From Myxococcota bacterium (GTDB lineage: Bacteria > Myxococcota > UBA4151), in the NCBI GenBank assembly GCA_040260805.1, contig JBDQPD010000110.1:1-11752 (forward strand): a stretch of 11,752 bases of DNA, in the 5' to 3' direction. Every line of letters starts with the position of its first letter. Within the stretch, counting starts at the first letter, position 1. The translations under genes and the position numbers were made by a program. Positions 1-7,554 of this stretch are shown piece by piece. The notes below the pieces were generated by a model, which was not told where the DNA came from, searched no databases, and saw only the letters and a program-made list of their open reading frames with translations.

Positions 1-1606
1 CCTTCTCCCACTCGGCTTCGGTGGGCAAACGCGCGCCGGTCCACTCGGCAAAGGCCCGGGCACCAACAACCTCGGCATCGGCCTCGACAAAAACCCGCTC
101 CAGGACATTGCGCAGCTCACGGACGTTGCCCGGCCAATCGTGCTGAAGCAGGCTCGCAGCAGCCTCTGGACTCAGCGACCAGCCGCCGTCTTCTTCAGCG
201 AGGAATGAACGGGCGATGATCAAGACATCGTCGCCGCGCGCTCTGAGTGGGGGCAGCTCGACATCGACTACTCGGAGGCGATAATAGAGGTCCTCACGGA
301 AGGTTCCTTCCGAGATGGCTTGTTCCAAGTTGACGTGCGTTGCCGCCAGGAAACGAACGTCGATCGGTGTCGAGCGATCACCGCCTACCGGGGTGACCGT
401 CCCTTCTTGCAGCACCCGAAGCAGCTTGACTTGCAATGGCAGCGGCATTTCACCGATTTCATCGAGTAAAACCGTCCCTCCGGTTGCCTCAAGTAGGCGC
501 CCTTTCCGGTCTCGCACAGCTCCTGTGAAGGCACCTTTACGATGACCGAAGAGTTCGGATTCCAAAAGTTCGCCAGGGATAGCGCCACAGTTGAGCGCCA
601 CGAAGGGCTTGGCTTTACGTGGCGAGCGCTCGTGCAGCTCTTGGGCGACGAGCTCTTTGCCTGTGCCCGTTTCGCCGAGGATCAAAACCGGAGCGTCTGC
701 GCGAGCCACTCGCTCGATGCGATCAAAGACCGCCTCCATGAGCGCCGAGCTACCGATCATTCGTCCTGACCGGGCTGCTTCTAGACGCTGCCTCAGCACC
801 GCTTGCTCAGCCTCAAGAGTCTCGAGTCGCTCTGCGAGCGCAACCAAGATGCCGGCCTGAGCGCTAAAGACCTCAAGGACCTTGAGCGTCGCCGTCTCAA
901 ATCGATGTACAGGGCGAGAGCAGCCGAGGTGAACCAAGCCGCGCAAGGCGCCCTCGACCCAGAAGGGTAGGCAGATCGCTGCTTTGAGTTTGAGATCAAT
1001 CACGGACTGAGCGCTCGCAAACAGCGTATTGTCCATGACGTCTGCAACCAAGAGCGGGTGCCGGCGACCTTGGACTTCATGCAAGAGGGTGTCGGACAAC
1101 AAAACGGGTTCTGACGTCTCTTTGGCCTTCCCGTGCCGCGCCGCAACCTGAGCTCCACCATCAGCGTCGAGGAGCACGATGTAACCGCTGTCTGCCTGGG
1201 CGAGCGCAACGCAATGGTCGAGCAGGGCATCGAGCAAATCGGTAGGGCTCGAGCCCTCTTGGACCAAGCGAGCAAACTGGAGGAGGCGTTCGAGGTCGTC
1301 GGTTGCGATGACATCATGGGCAGCGGAGGCATCGGGAGCTTGGACCAGATACACTAACTGCATCGGCCCTACATCAATTCGGTCGCCATCATTGAGCAGC
1401 GTCTCTTTGACCTTGGCGCCGTTGACTCGGGTGGTCGATCGCGCCAACAGCCGATGCGCGGCGCCCTCAAGAAGGAGCTGGAAATGCCCTGCGGCGATGC
1501 CGTCGATCGAGGGCAGTTGGAGATCGCACCCCGCGCCGGTTCCGATCACGCTGAGCGGTCGATACAGCTCGTGGGCTTCGCCGTCAGGGGCTTGCAGGAA
1601 GGGCAT
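1..1606 (-). CDS. Sigma-54-dependent enhancer-binding protein with FHA-like, GAF and AAA+ domains; 3' end runs off the window
   Basis: Translated by hand; no stop from ATG at 1606 to the window edge (535 codons). AAAGGAG RBS at 1614-1620. N-terminus MPFLQAPDGEAHELYRPLSVIGTG...VNG...LNDGDRIDVG is FHA-like, followed by a GAF-like region (ADSGYIVLLD...AAICLPF...GLVHL). AAA+ motifs: Walker A GETGTGKE (653-676), ESELFGHRKGAFTGA (GAFTGA at 518-535), Walker B GGTVLLDEIGEM, FREDLYYRL and WPGNVRELRN. No Fis-type HTH is visible. Confidence 0.95.
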   Translation of the reverse strand, partial: MPFLQAPDGEAHELYRPLSVIGTGAGCDLQLPSIDGIAAGHFQLLLEGAAHRLLARSTTRVNGAKVKETLLNDGDRIDVGPMQLVYLVQAPDASAAHDVIATDDLERLLQFARLVQEGSSPTDLLDALLDHCVALAQADSGYIVLLDADGGAQVAARHGKAKETSEPVLLSDTLLHEVQGRRHPLLVADVMDNTLFASAQSVIDLKLKAAICLPFWVEGALRGLVHLGCSRPVHRFETATLKVLEVFSAQAGILVALAERLETLEAEQAVLRQRLEAARSGRMIGSSALMEAVFDRIERVARADAPVLILGETGTGKELVAQELHERSPRKAKPFVALNCGAIPGELLESELFGHRKGAFTGAVRDRKGRLLEATGGTVLLDEIGEMPLPLQVKLLRVLQEGTVTPVGGDRSTPIDVRFLAATHVNLEQAISEGTFREDLYYRLRVVDVELPPLRARGDDVLIIARSFLAEEDGGWSLSPEAAASLLQHDWPGNVRELRNVLERVFVEADAEVVGARAFAEWTGARLPTEAEWEK

Positions 1607-2249
1607 CCTTGCGCTCCTTTCGTGCGAGCCACAGATCAGCGGCTAGAGCCCCCAAACCCACTGCGGCGCCGGTGTATTGCAGATAGGTCCACTTTTCGAG
1701 TTCGCTGACTCGGTTTTCTTTGACGTAACCCAAGGGATCTCTTTGCTGCTCTGCCATCCACCAACTAAAGACGTTCAAGCCCAAGCCAGTCACCTGCAAT
1801 GCGCCTACCGTGAGCCCCTTTTCGAGATCACCTTGCGACCAGTGGCAATAGCCGAGCGGCGCAAGGCATCGGTAGTGCCGCACATGCGAGACGACGCGCA
1901 CCACGCGTTCGACCACGGTCGGCTGGGGCGGGGGGACCTCTTTGAGCAACGCGTCAAACCAAACCCGCTCGGCGGGTGGATTCAGAAAGGGGTCGAGCCC
2001 TTGACCCGGCGCTAAACGCAAGGCTGCTCGGGCTAAATGGTCAGCACGCTTTTGGTTTTTTAAGCGAAATTCGCAGACGGCAGCGAGTCGATACAGCTCA
2101 CCCTTGCCGGCTCGGCTGCCGGTCGCAGTGATGGCTTTATCGAGCCCTATAATCACCTTATCGCATTGCCCGAGTTCAAACGCTTGGCGTACCGTTTCTA
2201 GGTTTGCGCTGAGGCTCAAGATTAGGGTGAGGAGCAATCCACTTGCCAA
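1584..2249 (-). CDS. Hypothetical envelope protein: probable signal peptide, TPR-like helical domain, hydrophobic Gly-rich C-terminal segments
   Basis: 221-aa ORF that exactly fills the gap between the kinase and the activator and overlaps both. Hydrophobic N-terminus (GLLLTLILSLSA), TPR-like helices (ELYRLAAVCEFRL...ALRLAP), and hydrophobic C-terminal stretches (GLTVGALQVTGLGLNVFSWWM; YTGAAVGLGALAADLWL). The TTG start is uncertain (2249 or 2237). Confidence 0.8.
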   Translation of the reverse strand: MASGLLLTLILSLSANLETVRQAFELGQCDKVIIGLDKAITATGSRAGKGELYRLAAVCEFRLKNQKRADHLARAALRLAPGQGLDPFLNPPAERVWFDALLKEVPPPQPTVVERVVRVVSHVRHYRCLAPLGYCHWSQGDLEKGLTVGALQVTGLGLNVFSWWMAEQQRDPLGYVKENRVSELEKWTYLQYTGAAVGLGALAADLWLARKERKDALPASP

Positions 2250-3958
2250 CGGTGTAATCCACCTGATTCCAGCTGCAGCTCAAATTGGCGGCTGCAGTTG
2301 CTAGCCTCATACCTCAGGGAGGTCCGTTCGCGGAAGCGCCCATCGGGCAGTTGGATATTGAATTCGTTATCGCCCTTGAGCACGGCAAAACGTTGTCCAA
2401 GCGCAAACACGGTTCCTGCGCCTTGACTTTCGACCTTCACGCGGGCGGGCCGGAAGCGCCGAATCTTTGTGGTCAACTGCTGGCCGCCCCTGGCGCCCGT
2501 GCCTGGTAAGCGAATTTGACGACGCACGGGATCAGCCAAGTCATGGCGAAGCTCCAGTTCATGCGTGCCCGGTGGTAGCTTCAGGCTATGCCTGGCTGCT
2601 CCAGCGCTAAGGCGCTTATCCTTTAGCCAAACTTCTGCCCACGGAAAGACCTGGATCTCAACGGCGTAGAGTCTTCTTAAGCCCTGTGAGGCAGCTCCTA
2701 CAGCCCCTATATTCGCTGTCGATTCGTCTTTACTCTTATCGGTGGGAATAGCCTGTGGTGTATCGATCGTTCGTTGCCGAAAGCGTTGTTGCCGTGTGCT
2801 GGGCGCACTCTGAGCAGCCAGGCTGTCGGCGCGGTTGGCGCGATCGAGCATCCATTGTGAGCCGATCGTCGCAGCCAGAGTGATTGCGAGTGCAACACCG
2901 ACGACGGGTCTAAGCCAAGGACGCTGCAGGGGTCCGCTGACTGTTTTGAGGAGATCACTTCGGTCTGGGTCTAAGGCGACGACTCGATTGGCGAGCGCCA
3001 CCGCTTCTGGCCAGCGTCGGTGTCTCGTCGCATCTTCTGCAGCCAGGATTAGCCGATCAATCTGTTGGCCGCGCCAGACCGCTGTCGTGACCTGGGGGTT
3101 TTGCACCACCAGCTTGGTGGCTTGTTGCAGCGAACCCAGCCACGGCGGCATGATCAACTCAAGGCGGTCGAGGAAGTCCTGCAGTGAATCGTAGCGGTCG
3201 TCGGGGTTGCGTTCGAGAAGTTGTTCGATCGCTTCGGCGAGGCTTGAGTTGATCGAGGGGACCAGGCGAGCGAGCGGCGTGTACTCGCCCTTATCGACCC
3301 GACGAAAGATCGCCGCTGGATTGGGTGCATCAAATGGGCTTTGACCCGATGCCATCTCGTAAAGAACGGTCCCTAGACTGAATTGGTCAGACCGTTCGTC
3401 GGCGCGTGCGCCGTTGATCACTTCGGGCGCCATATGTGCCGGCGAACCCACCAAAGCGCCGGTTATCGTAAGCCCTTCCGTGTCGTCCAGTCGGGCGATG
3501 CCGAAATCCATCAGTTTCACGGCGCCATCGTGTCCGACCATAATGTTGCCCGGCTTGACGTCTCGATGAACGACTTGGTGAATGTGCGCGTGGAGTAGGG
3601 CTCGAGTCAGAGGTATGGCGACACACAAAAGCGACTCTGGTGGGCTGAAGTGCGTCCTGTCCATAAACTCGCGCAAGGTCTCACCGCGCAGAAACTCCAT
3701 CACCAGAAACTGGCGATCGTCTTGTTCTTCACTCCAGTGGTACACTTGCACGATGTTGGGATGAGCCAAACGACCCACCGCTTTGGCTTCTGCTCGGAAG
3801 CGGGCTCGACCTTCAGCGCTTGCGACGAGAGCGGGATGAAGCACTTTGAGCGCGACATCGCGATCAAGTCGCCCGTCATGGGCACGATAGACCATGCCCA
3901 TGCCGCCTTCGCCGACCAAGTCTTTGATGGCAAAGCCGCCAAGCTCCTCTTCGACCAC
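2222..3958 (-). CDS. Hanks-type Ser/Thr protein kinase with one transmembrane helix and a PEGA-like extracytoplasmic region
   Basis: Kinase motifs intact: GEGGMGMVY, VALK, HRDVKPGN, DFGIA, GSPAHMAPE, SDQFSLG. A TPR-like helix pair (WPEAVALANRVVALDP) precedes the TM segment (PVVGVALAITLAATIG). PEGA-like segment VFPWAEVWL...LPPGTHELELRH. GTG start with GGGAG RBS at 3967-3971. Confidence 0.95.
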   Translation of the reverse strand: MVEEELGGFAIKDLVGEGGMGMVYRAHDGRLDRDVALKVLHPALVASAEGRARFRAEAKAVGRLAHPNIVQVYHWSEEQDDRQFLVMEFLRGETLREFMDRTHFSPPESLLCVAIPLTRALLHAHIHQVVHRDVKPGNIMVGHDGAVKLMDFGIARLDDTEGLTITGALVGSPAHMAPEVINGARADERSDQFSLGTVLYEMASGQSPFDAPNPAAIFRRVDKGEYTPLARLVPSINSSLAEAIEQLLERNPDDRYDSLQDFLDRLELIMPPWLGSLQQATKLVVQNPQVTTAVWRGQQIDRLILAAEDATRHRRWPEAVALANRVVALDPDRSDLLKTVSGPLQRPWLRPVVGVALAITLAATIGSQWMLDRANRADSLAAQSAPSTRQQRFRQRTIDTPQAIPTDKSKDESTANIGAVGAASQGLRRLYAVEIQVFPWAEVWLKDKRLSAGAARHSLKLPPGTHELELRHDLADPVRRQIRLPGTGARGGQQLTTKIRRFRPARVKVESQGAGTVFALGQRFAVLKGDNEFNIQLPDGRFRERTSLRYEASNCSRQFELQLESGGLHRWQVDCSSP

Positions 3959-3961
3959 GAC

Positions 3962-5011
3962 TTAGGCTCCCGTGCAGATGCCGAGAGATTGGGCAGTAAG
4001 GACGAGCGGGTGATGTTCGGGAACGGTCCGAATCTTACCGGCGATCTCTTCGATCGGAACGGTCGTGATTCGGCCTGCTTTGAGCGCAACCATCTGATTC
4101 CATTCACCTTGCAGGATCGCTCGAGCAGCCGCCGCGCCGAAACTCGTGGCGAGGACTCGATCGACCGGGCTCGGGCTTCCGCCTCGTTGCAAGTGTCCAA
4201 GCCGAGTGGCTCGGCTCTCCACGCCGGTCCGCTCTTCGATCTGGCGGGCGAGCGCCCAGCCGACACCGCCTAATCGATCGTTCTCGGGGTCTTGGTAGAG
4301 CGGGTTGCCCTCGATCGGGCGCGCTCCTTCTGCGACCACAACCAGCGCATAACTTCGACCCCGACCGCGCATTTGGGCGATGTGATCAGCGATGCATTCA
4401 AGATCGTAAGGAACCTCTGGGATCACGATGATATCAGCCCCTCCCGCAATGCCTGCAGTCAGCGCAATCCAGCCCGCGTCGCGGCCCATGGTTTCTAAGA
4501 CCATCACACGTCGATGGCTCTCTCCGGTGGTGCGAAGCCGATCCAACGCGTCGGTCGCACAGCGCAGAGCTGACTCGAACCCAAAGGTGACGTCAGTACC
4601 TGCCACATCGTTGTCGATGGTTTTAGGCACAGCGATAACCGGAAGACCTGCACGCATCAGCCGCGCCGCAATGCTCGTTGACCCATCTCCACCGATGCTG
4701 ACCAAACCGTCGATTCCCAGATCGCGAAAGCGCTGCATCACGTCGGCTGAGCGGTCTTGTCCGTTCCACGAAAAGGGGTCGCCCGAGTTTGAGGTTCCCA
4801 GAATCGTTCCGCCGTCGTCGAGTATTTCTCGCACCAGCTCCGGGGTTAGGTTCATCAGCCGAGGCGGCTCATCAAGCAGTCCGAAGTAGGCGTCGCAGAG
4901 CCCGACCAGTTCAGGTCCTTTGGCTTGATGAAGAGTCAAGGTAAGCGCTCGCAAAACCGCGTTAAGACCCGGGCAATCGCCGCCACCAGTTAGTACACCG
5001 ATTCGTTTCAT
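3962..5011 (-). CDS. pfkA: 6-phosphofructokinase (PfkA family), probably ATP-dependent
   Basis: Motifs TGGGDCPGLN, GGTILGT, IGGDGS, PKTIDND, MGR, VAEG and LGHLQRGG. Start moved to ATG 5011 (MKRIGVLT), which forms an ATGA overlap with the upstream stop and has GGGAG at 5017-5021. GGDG rather than GGDD points to ATP rather than PPi use. Confidence 0.97.
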   Translation of the reverse strand: MKRIGVLTGGGDCPGLNAVLRALTLTLHQAKGPELVGLCDAYFGLLDEPPRLMNLTPELVREILDDGGTILGTSNSGDPFSWNGQDRSADVMQRFRDLGIDGLVSIGGDGSTSIAARLMRAGLPVIAVPKTIDNDVAGTDVTFGFESALRCATDALDRLRTTGESHRRVMVLETMGRDAGWIALTAGIAGGADIIVIPEVPYDLECIADHIAQMRGRGRSYALVVVAEGARPIEGNPLYQDPENDRLGGVGWALARQIEERTGVESRATRLGHLQRGGSPSPVDRVLATSFGAAAARAILQGEWNQMVALKAGRITTVPIEEIAGKIRTVPEHHPLVLTAQSLGICTGA

Positions 5012-6267
5012 GCGCGCTCCCAAAAGGACAATAGTTCGCCATGCGGTGAGCCTGGAAAGAGATCGACCAGCGTCGCCGCTTTTGACGTGTAGCCCGATTC
5101 GCGCAGGCGGTTAAGATCCCGCAGCGCGGCGGCGCGACCACAATGGACGGTAATCACGTGTTTCGGCTCCGCCTGTAGGAGCGAAGCGAACCATGTTTTA
5201 CTCATTCCAGCTCGAGGGGGGTCGATCACGGCAAGGTCGGTTGCCTCGGGCCAGCGAAAGAATTCAGCGGCGATTGGGTGATAGTGGACACCCGTTGGAA
5301 TATCAGCCCAAGCCGGTTGCGCATGGAGGGAGGGCTCGACGGCTTCTACACTCCAACCCCTTCGAGCCAAAGCGCGCGCGAAGAAGCCGGTCCCGCTTCC
5401 AAGATCGACGGCGGCTCCGCAATCGAGCTGATCAGCGTACCTCAGAACCACTTCAAGGAGTTGTTGGCGGGCCACAGGGTGCGCTTGCATGAAGGCGAAG
5501 GGTGGGGTCGGTAGAACCGTGCCATCATGGTCAACTGCGACGCATGCTGGCCCGCTGTAGGGTGACGTGATGCCGCTGTAGTACCGAGCGTCTACGCTCT
5601 TTTGAGTCAGCCAGGTGACGGCATCGCCAGGATGTCCGACCTGAGGTCGATCTTCGGGACAATGCGAAGCACTCACCAAGCCGATTCCGAAGGTTGCCAT
5701 CCCCTGATCGTTTTGGGCTCCTGCCGAGAGCACCAAACCATGAACATCAGCGAGCGTCGGATGCTCTAGCTGGTCGCGCAGTTCATCGAGTCGTTGGTAG
5801 GTCGCTTCCGGCGTGATCGGACAATCGGTGAGGGGCAGCCCTTTGTTGCTACGGGGCAAGGGGACGGTAAATCGGATCCCACCTTTGCCGCGCTCAACCC
5901 TCCACTTGGAGCGAGTGCGCCAGCGCCCGCGGCCTGGATCGGGCGCTGCCTCAATCTTGAGCCAAGGGAGGTCACGCTCAAGACCTTGAAGTCGCCAGCG
6001 CGTCAGCGCCTCTGGGTCGGCTTCCCATTGAGCGCAGCCTCCACAGGCTGTGCGATGGGGACAACTCGCCGCCGTGCGCAAGCCGGGTTTGATCACCTCT
6101 TTAAGGTGCCCGACCCATCGATGGGGACTCTTGTGAACAATCTCCACGCGCACATGGTCACCGAGCGTCGAACCCCAGACGCGGACCGGATAACCTTGGG
6201 CAGTGCGTCCTAAGCCGTAGCCTTCCGTATCGAGATCATCGATTTGTAGCTCAAGCGAGTGGCTCAT
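5008..6267 (-). CDS. RlmD/TrmA-family RNA (uracil-C5)-methyltransferase with TRAM domain and four Fe-S cysteines; divergent
   Basis: TRAM-like N-terminus (LQIDDLDTEGYGLGR...GDHVRVEI). Fe-S cysteines in CPHRTACGGC and DCPI. Also FMQ, SAM-binding DLGSGTG, DPPRAG, catalytic Cys in VHC...RDL, and DLFPGSPHGE. Start moved to ATG 6267, an ATGA overlap with the moaE stop. The RNA target cannot be determined from sequence. Confidence 0.9.
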   Translation of the reverse strand: MSHSLELQIDDLDTEGYGLGRTAQGYPVRVWGSTLGDHVRVEIVHKSPHRWVGHLKEVIKPGLRTAASCPHRTACGGCAQWEADPEALTRWRLQGLERDLPWLKIEAAPDPGRGRWRTRSKWRVERGKGGIRFTVPLPRSNKGLPLTDCPITPEATYQRLDELRDQLEHPTLADVHGLVLSAGAQNDQGMATFGIGLVSASHCPEDRPQVGHPGDAVTWLTQKSVDARYYSGITSPYSGPACVAVDHDGTVLPTPPFAFMQAHPVARQQLLEVVLRYADQLDCGAAVDLGSGTGFFARALARRGWSVEAVEPSLHAQPAWADIPTGVHYHPIAAEFFRWPEATDLAVIDPPRAGMSKTWFASLLQAEPKHVITVHCGRAAALRDLNRLRESGYTSKAATLVDLFPGSPHGELLSFWERA

Positions 6268-6677
6268 GGACGAGGTGATACCCAAGAAGCTCCCTGTTCA
6301 TCCCATTCTTTTTTCCAGATCGGGCAGTCTTCTTTAATCCGCTCAATCACATGCCGACAGGCCTCGAATGCTTCGGAGCGATGGGGTGAGGAGGCGACGA
6401 TGACCACCGCATCATCGCCGACGACCAAGTGACCTACTCGGTGGTGGCAGAGCACATAAACGTCCGGCCATTGCTTTGCGCACTCCTCCTCGATCGTCTG
6501 GAGTACCGCCTCGGCCATCGACTCATAAGCGCTGTAGTCGATCGCCGTGACCGAACGGTTTTGAGCGTGATCCCGAATCGTTCCGATAAACACGGCGAGC
6601 GCACCGGCGTGTGCTCGGCGGGCGGCGTTGATCAGTCCAGAGACATCAAGGGGCTGCTCGGTGAGTTGTACAGGCAT
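6264..6677 (-). CDS. moaE: Molybdopterin synthase catalytic subunit
   Basis: Motifs AGALAVFIGTIRD, YSAYESMAE, HRVGHL, SPHRSEAFEAC and IKEDCPIWKKE. Confidence 0.97.
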   Translation of the reverse strand: MPVQLTEQPLDVSGLINAARRAHAGALAVFIGTIRDHAQNRSVTAIDYSAYESMAEAVLQTIEEECAKQWPDVYVLCHHRVGHLVVGDDAVVIVASSPHRSEAFEACRHVIERIKEDCPIWKKEWDEQGASWVSPRP

Positions 6678-6682
6678 CGTTA

Positions 6683-6940
6683 CTAGCCACCCGCAACGGG
6701 TGGAATCAGCGCCACCGTGTCGCCGTCAGCGAGGCGGTGCTGCTGAGGAACAAAGCTCTCGTTGCAGGCAAAGCGGCAGCTCCGAAGCAGCGGTTTGACC
6801 ATGGGAAACTGCCGCTGAAGTTGGGCGCTAAGATCACTGATCAATGCGCCCTCATCCAGAGTGCAGTCCCAGCTTTTGACGCGCGTGGCTTCGGCGGTCG
6901 AGGCAAAGAAAAGAACGGTCAGGGTTATTTGAGAAGGCAA
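6683..6940 (-). CDS. moaD: Molybdopterin synthase sulfur carrier subunit (MoaD/ThiS family)
   Basis: 85 aa with N-terminal VLFFA and C-terminal DGDTVALIPPVAGG ending in Gly-Gly; directly upstream of moaE. The TTG start overlaps the end of purN and is approximate. Confidence 0.93.
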   Translation of the reverse strand: MPSQITLTVLFFASTAEATRVKSWDCTLDEGALISDLSAQLQRQFPMVKPLLRSCRFACNESFVPQQHRLADGDTVALIPPVAGG

Positions 6941-7554
6941 GGCTCGAATCCGGGCGTGCTGTGAACTTGGCCTTCAGCGATGCGTAGGTGTCCCTGAGAC
7001 AAAGCCCCAAGAGTTGCCGGAAGCACTCGGTGCTCCATGGCGTGAATACGCTCTTTGAAGGTGTCTAATGTGTCATCGGGCTGCAGGGGTACAACGCCTT
7101 GCATTAGCACCGGCCCGCCATCGACCTCGGCGGTGACGAGGTGCGTTGAGCAACCGCTCACTCGCACCTGCGCTTCAAAGGCTTCCTCGATCGCATTGGC
7201 TCCGGGAAAAGCAGGCAGTAATGCAGGGTGAAGATTGACGATCGGCCAGGGCGCTCGGTCGAGGAAATAAGGGGTTAAGATGCGCATAAAGCCTGCGAGT
7301 ACGAGCGCGTCAGGCTTCAGAGGCTTGAGCGCAAGCAAGAGCGCTTCTTCGAATTCAGAGCGTGAGGCGTAGGCTTTGTGATCAACGACACGCCCTGGAA
7401 TATCTGCGGAATCCGCATGGGCTAGCGCACCGCAGCCGGGGCGGTTGACGACCAGACCTGCGATCTGCGCTGTGCCCAGGCGGCCGCTGCGTTGAGCATC
7501 GATGAGCGCCGCAACATTGCTGCCGCGACCTGACGCTAGGGCGATAAACCTCAA
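6925..7554 (-). CDS. purN: Phosphoribosylglycinamide formyltransferase
   Basis: Motifs SGRGSN, LAGFMRIL, NLHPALLPAFPG, SGCSTHLV and VDGGP. TTG start in a TTGA overlap with the purM stop; GAGGT RBS at 7561-7565. Confidence 0.97.
   Translation of the reverse strand: MRFIALASGRGSNVAALIDAQRSGRLGTAQIAGLVVNRPGCGALAHADSADIPGRVVDHKAYASRSEFEEALLLALKPLKPDALVLAGFMRILTPYFLDRAPWPIVNLHPALLPAFPGANAIEEAFEAQVRVSGCSTHLVTAEVDGGPVLMQGVVPLQPDDTLDTFKERIHAMEHRVLPATLGALSQGHLRIAEGQVHSTPGFEPCLLK

Noticed and set aside
315..1708. Many short ORFs in the track over the left end
   Set aside because: All overlap the long sigma-54 activator frame, which the track omitted because it has no stop in the window.
3956..3964. 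Stop-codon read-through giving a PFK-kinase fusion
   Set aside because: The frames match, but that happens one time in three. The stop is TAA and the kinase has its own RBS and start.
3650..4273. 207-aa (+) and 188-aa (-) ORFs spanning the pfkA/kinase junction
   Set aside because: Both overlap two well-supported genes and have no recognisable motifs. Such shadow ORFs are common in GC-rich DNA.
6675..6685. MoaD-MoaE fusion (MoaX-like) or frameshifted pseudogene
   Set aside because: moaD ends cleanly in Gly-Gly followed by TAG TAA, and moaE has its own ATG in another frame.
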